The notes beneath the pieces are model-generated. The model did not search any database. It saw only the letters and a program-made list of their open reading frames with translations, and had not been told where the DNA came from. Both the position numbers and the translations under genes were made by a program. Below, piece by piece: positions 58,343-64,000 of a DNA stretch of 64,000 nucleotides (position 1 is the stretch's first letter; every line of letters begins with the position of its first letter). The DNA is from Anaerolineales bacterium. GTDB taxonomy: Bacteria > Chloroflexota > Anaerolineae > Anaerolineales > UBA11858. The stretch is taken from positions 5,622 through 69,621 of the forward strand of contig JBARSJ010000116.1 of assembly GCA_049644685.1 (NCBI GenBank). Reading direction: 5' to 3'.

Positions 58343-59539
58343 ATGGCTGATTTGATTAATCTGATCGAAAATTGGATCAAAAACCTTTTACTTGGTTGGG
58401 GGGCTTCAGAGAGTTTAACGGGATTTATCCTTCAAGCGCTGGGAAGTGTGCTGGTTGTAATGGTATGTTTTGCGATTGTTATCGTCCTGATTTGGGTTGA
58501 AAGGAAACTTGCCGGTCGCCTTCAAGATCGGTTTGGCCCCAACCGGGCTGGACCTTACGGGATATTTCAATCCTTCGCAGACATGATTAAGATTTTTACT
58601 AAAGAATATGTCACTCCTACTGGTGCTGAAAAAGGGTTGTATAATATCGCGCCAGTCCTGGCAATGGCTTCAGTGCTGGCTATCTGGGCGGTGTTTCCTT
58701 TTGCGATGAACGTCATCGGGGCTGATGTCCATGTCGGTGTGCTCTACATTGTAGCGGTGGGAGCATTTGGCATTCTGGCTATATTGATGGCGGGATGGTC
58801 CTCCAACAACAGATATGCTTTGCTCGGCGCATCCAGATCGGTGGCAATGCTGATTTCTTACGAAATACCGATGGTAGTAGCTTTGCTGGTTCCTGTTTTA
58901 CTCTCTCATTCCATGAAACTCTCAGAAATCATAAAAGCCCAGGAGCCCTGGTTTATCTTTGTGGCGCCCTTGGCGGCATTGATTTTTTCCATTTCATCCA
59001 TGGCAGAGATCGGCAAAGCCCCGTTTGATCTGCTGGAAGCGGAATCAGAGCTTGTTGCTGGATACCATACTGAATACTCCGGGATGAAATTCGGTATGTT
59101 TTATGTTGCGGAATTCCTGCATCAATTCACTGTTGGTGCGTTGATCACTATCTTTTTCCTCGGTGGCTGGACAGGGCCTATGGCTGTTCGCTGGCCGATC
59201 CTGGGAGTAATTTATTTCTACGGGAAATCATTGTTTATTTACCTGGTGATTTCCTGGATCAGGCTCTCACTTCCCAGAATCCGCATCGATGAAATGCTGA
59301 ATTTGAACTGGCGGTTCCTGATCCCGGTTTCATTTGTTAATCTGGTTGCAGTTGCGATTGCTGACCGGGTGATGATGGAATTTGCCCTTGCCCGCTGGAT
59401 CTATGTTCTTATTATGTTCAGCTTGAATATGTTTATTCTCTGGGCTGCTTTGTTAATTGCTGGCAAGAATGATCAGGCTGTTGAAAGGGAAGAATTTCCT
59501 CCCCGTCCGGTTGCTGTACCCCCGGGTACGGAATCCTAA
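58343..59539 (+). CDS. nuoH: NADH-quinone oxidoreductase subunit H
   Basis: WVERKLAGRLQDRFGPNRAGPYGIFQSFADMIKIFTKE, AEIGKAPFDLLEAESELVAGYHTEYSGMKFG.F.AEF. Confidence 0.92.
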   Translation: MADLINLIENWIKNLLLGWGASESLTGFILQALGSVLVVMVCFAIVIVLIWVERKLAGRLQDRFGPNRAGPYGIFQSFADMIKIFTKEYVTPTGAEKGLYNIAPVLAMASVLAIWAVFPFAMNVIGADVHVGVLYIVAVGAFGILAILMAGWSSNNRYALLGASRSVAMLISYEIPMVVALLVPVLLSHSMKLSEIIKAQEPWFIFVAPLAALIFSISSMAEIGKAPFDLLEAESELVAGYHTEYSGMKFGMFYVAEFLHQFTVGALITIFFLGGWTGPMAVRWPILGVIYFYGKSLFIYLVISWIRLSLPRIRIDEMLNLNWRFLIPVSFVNLVAVAIADRVMMEFALARWIYVLIMFSLNMFILWAALLIAGKNDQAVEREEFPPRPVAVPPGTES

Positions 59540-59637
59540 TAAGTGGACAAGACGCCTATTCTAAGCGTGTATACCTTAGACATGAATAATTTCCGGGAGT
59601 TAACAAATATAGATTCCCGGATGGAAAGGAAAAATAT

Positions 59638-60129
59638 ATGGTGCCAATAATTATTTTTGGTTTGTCCAGTTTGGTAACCCTGGGAGCCGCCCTGGCTGTT
59701 GTGACCAATAAAAATATCCTGCACAGTGCCTTTTACCTCGTCCTGGCTTTTACGGGAGTTGCCAGTATATATGTTCTCCTGGAAGCACCTTTTATCGCGG
59801 TGGTACAGGTGTTGATTTACATTGGAGCGATTGCGATATTGATTGTTTTTGCGATCATGCTCACCCGGAGAATAAGCAGTGATGATTTAATCCAGCGAAA
59901 CGCCCAATGGATCTGGGCAGCCCTGGGTGCGGCGGGTTTATTTTTGGTTCTGGGCTGGATTGTGTACAGTGTAAACTGGCCTGTGGCGGAGCAGATAGTA
60001 CCTGAAGATACCATCACTATCTTAGGGCAGGAATTGCTAACTACTTATGTAATTCCCTTCGAGATTGCTTCTGTGCTGCTGCTGGCTGCGCTGGTGGGTT
60101 CGATAATTATCGGCCGGGAGAGAGAGTAA
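59638..60129 (+). CDS. nuoJ: NADH-quinone oxidoreductase subunit J
   Basis: VVTNKNILHSAFYLVLAF.G.A..YVLLEAPFIAVVQVLIYIGAIAILIVFAIML. Confidence 0.9.
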   Translation: MVPIIIFGLSSLVTLGAALAVVTNKNILHSAFYLVLAFTGVASIYVLLEAPFIAVVQVLIYIGAIAILIVFAIMLTRRISSDDLIQRNAQWIWAALGAAGLFLVLGWIVYSVNWPVAEQIVPEDTITILGQELLTTYVIPFEIASVLLLAALVGSIIIGRERE

Positions 60130-60160
60130 ACAGCCGTCAGGCTGGGTTAAGGAGTGCGGT

Positions 60161-60472
60161 ATGGCTATTCCAATCAATTGGTATTTACTTGTCGCATCTG
60201 GTTTATTTTCTATCGGGTTGTACGGTGTATTATCCCGCCGCAATGCGATAGGGATTCTGATGGGTATCGAGTTGATGCTCAATGCAGTAAACATTAATTT
60301 GATCACTTTCTGGCGATATATGGACCCGGTGCGAATGACCGGGCAGGTATTTGCTATCTTTGTTTTCACTGTGGCTGCCGCAGAAGTTGCGGTCGGATTG
60401 GCTTTGGTAATTGCGATATATAGGAACCGCGACACAGTTATTATTGAAGAGATTGATTTACTGAAAGAATAA
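60161..60472 (+). CDS. nuoK: NADH-quinone oxidoreductase subunit K
   Basis: GLYGVLSRRNAIGILMGIELMLNAVNINL, AAAEVAVGLALVIAIYR. Confidence 0.93.
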   Translation: MAIPINWYLLVASGLFSIGLYGVLSRRNAIGILMGIELMLNAVNINLITFWRYMDPVRMTGQVFAIFVFTVAAAEVAVGLALVIAIYRNRDTVIIEEIDLLKE

Positions 60473-60481
60473 AGGAAACCA

Positions 60482-62668
60482 ATGCAAGAATTTTTCTTCA
60501 GCTTAACCTGGTTAGTGCCAGTATTTCCTTTCCTGGCCTTTATCATTATTATATTATTCACCCAGAATAATAATAAACTCAGCCACAGCATCAGCATTGG
60601 ATCGATGGTTTTATCCTGGCTGCTGGGCTGGTTAGTGGTGTTCAGCGCAATCGCCACACCCCACCTTGGCGAACATCCCCGCAGTTTTACAATCCCCTGG
60701 TTCCCAACCGGAACATCAACCTTTGATATTGGTGTCTGGGTCGATCCTTTAATGGCAGTGACCCTTTTTATGGTTCCCTTTGTCTGCTTGATGATTTTTA
60801 TCTATTCGGTCGGGTACATGGGATATGGAACCGATGAGGTGGATCCCAATTATTCCCGCTTTTTTGCCTACATCGCTCTCTTTGCCACCGGTATGTTGGG
60901 GTTGGTAGTTTCTGAAAACCTGCTGACTCTCTTTATCTCCTGGGAAATCATGGGTTTGTGTTCCTACCTGCTGATTGGTTTCTGGTTCCAAAAGAACTAT
61001 CCGGATCCAAACAAAATCACTCCCCGCCAGGCTGGTCTGAAAGCTTTCCTGGTTACTAAAGTGGGCGATTTGTTTTTAATGCTGGGGATCCTCTACTTGT
61101 ATTCGCAAGCCGGATCACTGAGTTATGCGGATACATTGTTCAACCATGAATTTTTGAAACAACTGGCTTCCACTCCAGCACTGCCTATTTTTGGAGGATG
61201 GTCCGCTGCTTCCGCGATTGCCGCCTTGATGTTTGGAGGCGCAGTGGGGAAATCAGCTCAGTTCCCGCTCCATGTCTGGCTGCCGGATGCCATGGAAGGT
61301 CCCACGCCTGTCAGCGCCCTTATTCATGCCGCGACTATGGTTTCTGCTGGTGTATTTCTGGTCGCCAGGATTTTCCCCCTGTTGAATGTGGTTGTAGAAC
61401 TTGATCACCACAACCCGGTCATGGGGATAATCGCCTTTATTGGAGCTTTTACAGCTATCTTTTCTTCCCTGATTGCCGTAGCTCAAAAGGATATTAAAGG
61501 CGTGCTGGCATTTTCAACCATCAGCCAGCTGGGATACATGATTGCCGCGCTGGGCGTTGGAGCTTATGTGGCAGCAACATTTCACCTGATCACCCATGCC
61601 TTCTTTAAAGCGCTGCTCTTTATGGGGTCAGGCTCTGTAATCATAGGCTGTCACCACGAACAGGACATGATGGAAATGGGCGGCTTAAAAGATAAAATGC
61701 CGCGGACGTTCTGGACGTTCCTTGCCGGCGGTTTCGCTCTATCCGGATTTCCGCTCATTACCGCAGGATTCTGGAGCAAAGATGAAATCCTGGCTCATGC
61801 CTGGCATGAATTTATGCACGAAGGTGTAATTTCCTGGCCTTTCTTTGTTTGGCTGCTGCTGACAATTGCAGCTTTCATCACCGCTTTTTATACCGCGCGC
61901 CAGATTTCATTGACTTTCCTTGGAAAACCCCGTGGTCATCACGCTGAACATGCCCATGAAACCCCCAATACGATGACCATCCCTTTGATCTTGCTGGCAT
62001 TTTTCGCCCTGACTTTAGGATTTGTCGGTTTACCGGAGGAAATTGTCGGTCAGGGAAATAATTGGCTGCATAATTTTATTGGACATGAATATCCAGCAAC
62101 ACCTCTCAGCCTTCCAGTCATGCTGCTCTCTGGATCTTTAGCGTTAAGCGGTTTGGGTATTGGCTGGTTGGTTTACGGCCGAAAACCGCTGCTCCAGGGT
62201 GAGATGGATCCGTTGGAGCGGGGGATGAAGAAAATCCGCCTGGGTTGGCTGTATGAAGCCATGAGGAACAAATTTTACTTTGATGAAATCTATCAGGTGA
62301 TCTTCATTCAGGGGTCAATCAAACTGGCTGAAATTTTCTATAATTTTGATTACAAATGGGTAGTTGATCCTTTTATCAATCTGGTTGCCCGGGTCAGCCG
62401 GAGTATATCTGATTTGTTAAACCAGTTCGATGAAAAAGTGGTTGACGGCCTGGTGAATTTGACAGGACTATCCGGGATCACGCTCGCTGATTTGAGCGGG
62501 GTCACAGATAATAAAGTGGTTGATGGGCTGGTCAACGGCATAGCTGATGCGACAGGCTGGGTTGGAGAAAATGTCCTGCGTCCAATTCAAACCGGAAAGG
62601 TCCAGAATTACTTGTTGATTGCGTTAGTATCCATGCTTGCTATTATTGGCATTTACCTGGTCTATTAG
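60482..62668 (+). CDS. nuoL: NADH-quinone oxidoreductase subunit L (long form, 728 aa)
   Basis: WEIMGLCSYLLIGFW, GKSAQFPLHVWLPDAMEGPTPVSALIHAATMV.AGV, FSTISQLGYM. The C-terminal lateral-helix region contains a duplicated KVVDGLVN segment. Confidence 0.93.
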   Translation: MQEFFFSLTWLVPVFPFLAFIIIILFTQNNNKLSHSISIGSMVLSWLLGWLVVFSAIATPHLGEHPRSFTIPWFPTGTSTFDIGVWVDPLMAVTLFMVPFVCLMIFIYSVGYMGYGTDEVDPNYSRFFAYIALFATGMLGLVVSENLLTLFISWEIMGLCSYLLIGFWFQKNYPDPNKITPRQAGLKAFLVTKVGDLFLMLGILYLYSQAGSLSYADTLFNHEFLKQLASTPALPIFGGWSAASAIAALMFGGAVGKSAQFPLHVWLPDAMEGPTPVSALIHAATMVSAGVFLVARIFPLLNVVVELDHHNPVMGIIAFIGAFTAIFSSLIAVAQKDIKGVLAFSTISQLGYMIAALGVGAYVAATFHLITHAFFKALLFMGSGSVIIGCHHEQDMMEMGGLKDKMPRTFWTFLAGGFALSGFPLITAGFWSKDEILAHAWHEFMHEGVISWPFFVWLLLTIAAFITAFYTARQISLTFLGKPRGHHAEHAHETPNTMTIPLILLAFFALTLGFVGLPEEIVGQGNNWLHNFIGHEYPATPLSLPVMLLSGSLALSGLGIGWLVYGRKPLLQGEMDPLERGMKKIRLGWLYEAMRNKFYFDEIYQVIFIQGSIKLAEIFYNFDYKWVVDPFINLVARVSRSISDLLNQFDEKVVDGLVNLTGLSGITLADLSGVTDNKVVDGLVNGIADATGWVGENVLRPIQTGKVQNYLLIALVSMLAIIGIYLVY

Positions 62669-62693
62669 GCCAAAATGAGTTACGAGGAGAATA

Positions 62694-64000
62694 ATGATGA
62701 ATTTTCCAATTTTAAGTGCGATTACTTTTACCCCTCTCTTGCTTGCCCTGATTGTCCTGATCATTCCCAAATCGAAAGAGAATTTGATTCGATGGTTAAC
62801 CACAATTCTCAGTTTGATACCGCTGGCTCTGGCTATCTACATCTATATTGTGGTTCAGGCTGATCCGGGGAAAATGCAATTGATGGAAGAATATTCCTGG
62901 ATTCCTGCCATTGATGTTTATTACCGGATGGGAGTAGATGGACTCAGCGCGGTCATGCTGGTATTAACTACGCTTTTATCCACCCTCTGTTATTACTATG
63001 CAATTTACACCATTAAAGATCGGGTAAAGGAATTTTACTTTTTGTTCCTGATTCTGCAGGTTGGTATGTCCGGTGTATTTGTTTCCCTGGATTTCATTTT
63101 CTTTTATGTATTCTGGGAAATCGGTCTGGTTCCCATGTACCTGCTGATTGGTGTCTGGGGAGGGGAGCGGCGCATTTATGCTTCCATCAAATTCTTCCTT
63201 TATACATTAGCAGGAAGCATGGCCATGCTGTTGGCAATTATTGCTGTTTATCTGGCAACCGGAACCTTTAATATACTGGAAGCCGCGGCAGCACAGCCTT
63301 TCGCCGGTAATTTCGCTCTCTCTACAGCTGCCTTCTGGGCTTTCTTTATTGCCTTTGCGATCAAAGTGCCCATCTTCCCCTTCCATACCTGGCTGCCGGA
63401 TGCTCACACAGAAGCGCCGACAACCGGCAGTGTGATCCTTGCTGGTGTCCTGCTTAAGCTGGGAGCTTATGGTTTGATCCGCATTGTTTTGCCCATGTTC
63501 CCCAAACCATTTGCATACTTCTCATATAATGTGCCGATAATTCCAATCCTGGCTGTAATCAGTATTGTTTACGGCGCACTGGTCTGTATGGCGCAGTGGG
63601 ATTTAAAGCGTCTGATCGCTTATTCCTCGGTGAGCCATATGGGTTATGTCACTCTTGGTATTAGTGCGGCAGCAGCCAGCCTGGCTCTTCCTGGCGGTGG
63701 CGAAGAGGCGGTTACCAGCGCAATTATTGGTCTTAATGGTGCATCCCTTCAATTGTTTACTCACGGTATTATTACTGGCGGGTTGTTTTTCCTGGTTGGC
63801 ATGATTTATGACCGGGCCCATACCCGGCAGATAAAGGACTTTGGTGGGTTAGGCGCAAAGCTGCCTTATTATTACGGGATTATGATGGTTACCGGATTTG
63901 CTTCGCTGGGATTGCCCGGGTTGGCTGGATTCTGGAGTGAGTTCTTTGTATTCCGGGGCGCATTCGCGATTATGCCTGTCTTCGCCGCTATAGGTGTGTT
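62694..64000 (+). CDS. nuoM: NADH-quinone oxidoreductase subunit M (3' end beyond the window)
   Basis: Missing from the ORF track because there is no stop in the window. ATG at 62694. MMNFPILSAITFTPLL..., GVDGLSAVMLVLT, FVFWEIGLVPMYLLIGVWGG.RRIYASIKFFLYTLAGS, FAIKVPIFPFHTWLPDAHTEAPT.GSVILAGVLLKLG.YG. Confidence 0.9.
   Translation, partial: MMNFPILSAITFTPLLLALIVLIIPKSKENLIRWLTTILSLIPLALAIYIYIVVQADPGKMQLMEEYSWIPAIDVYYRMGVDGLSAVMLVLTTLLSTLCYYYAIYTIKDRVKEFYFLFLILQVGMSGVFVSLDFIFFYVFWEIGLVPMYLLIGVWGGERRIYASIKFFLYTLAGSMAMLLAIIAVYLATGTFNILEAAAAQPFAGNFALSTAAFWAFFIAFAIKVPIFPFHTWLPDAHTEAPTTGSVILAGVLLKLGAYGLIRIVLPMFPKPFAYFSYNVPIIPILAVISIVYGALVCMAQWDLKRLIAYSSVSHMGYVTLGISAAAASLALPGGGEEAVTSAIIGLNGASLQLFTHGIITGGLFFLVGMIYDRAHTRQIKDFGGLGAKLPYYYGIMMVTGFASLGLPGLAGFWSEFFVFRGAFAIMPVFAAIGV

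Noticed and set aside
60037-60657. 206-aa minus-strand ORF spanning the nuoJ end, nuoK and the nuoL start.
   Set aside because: It is antisense to three strongly supported nuo genes. The hydrophobic-gene antisense composition gives long open frames by chance.
1-64000. Scan for CRISPR arrays, restriction-modification, toxin-antitoxin, retron, Abi or other defence genes, prophage genes, IS elements and rRNA.
   Set aside because: I saw none. There are no regularly spaced repeats, no nuclease, methylase or reverse-transcriptase signatures, and no terminal inverted repeats flanking transposase-like ORFs. All intergenic gaps over 250 bp are accounted for by leaders, promoters, terminators or tRNAs, except 22376-22699 and 42151-42454, which remain unassigned.

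Overview
This 64-kb segment reads like core chromosome of a Chloroflexota (Anaerolineae-like) bacterium. That placement is an inference from protein sequences and gene order and was not checked against any database. I can support about 52 protein-coding genes. The first (AOR, minus strand) and last (nuoM, plus strand) run off the window and are therefore missing from the ORF track. Housekeeping genes include glnA, nrdJ, valS, leuS, miaA, plsY, an EF-G paralogue, dCMP deaminase, RidA, and a membrane-arm-only NADH dehydrogenase cluster (nuoA-H-J-K-L-M). Envelope genes form two groups. One is a GT2 / flippase-like / methyltransferase / large polytopic membrane protein block. The other is a roughly 9-kb co-directional run: OmpR-type regulator, histidine kinase, GT2, polyprenyl glycosylphosphotransferase, epimerase, two FemAB-family genes, and a D-Cys desulfhydrase/ACC deaminase homologue. 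Non-coding features read directly from the sequence are: a tRNA-Sec (selC) hidden under the 5' end of an over-called ORF; two tandem tRNA-Ala genes; two T-box leaders (Leu upstream of leuS, and a probable Val leader upstream of a BNR-repeat lipoprotein gene followed by valS); an unclassified ~330-nt structured leader between a consensus promoter and an intrinsic terminator just upstream of glnA; several near-consensus sigma70-type promoters (TTGACA-N17-TAAAAT occurs three times); and several intrinsic terminators. I saw no CRISPR array, transposase, integrase, phage genes or recognisable defence system. The observations most worth follow-up are the glnA leader RNA, the T-box controlling a lipoprotein-valS unit, selC, the low-GC glycosylation block, the regulator-glycan-FemAB cluster and the split nuo cluster. 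All functional calls come from motif and family recognition by eye. No searches or computations were run.
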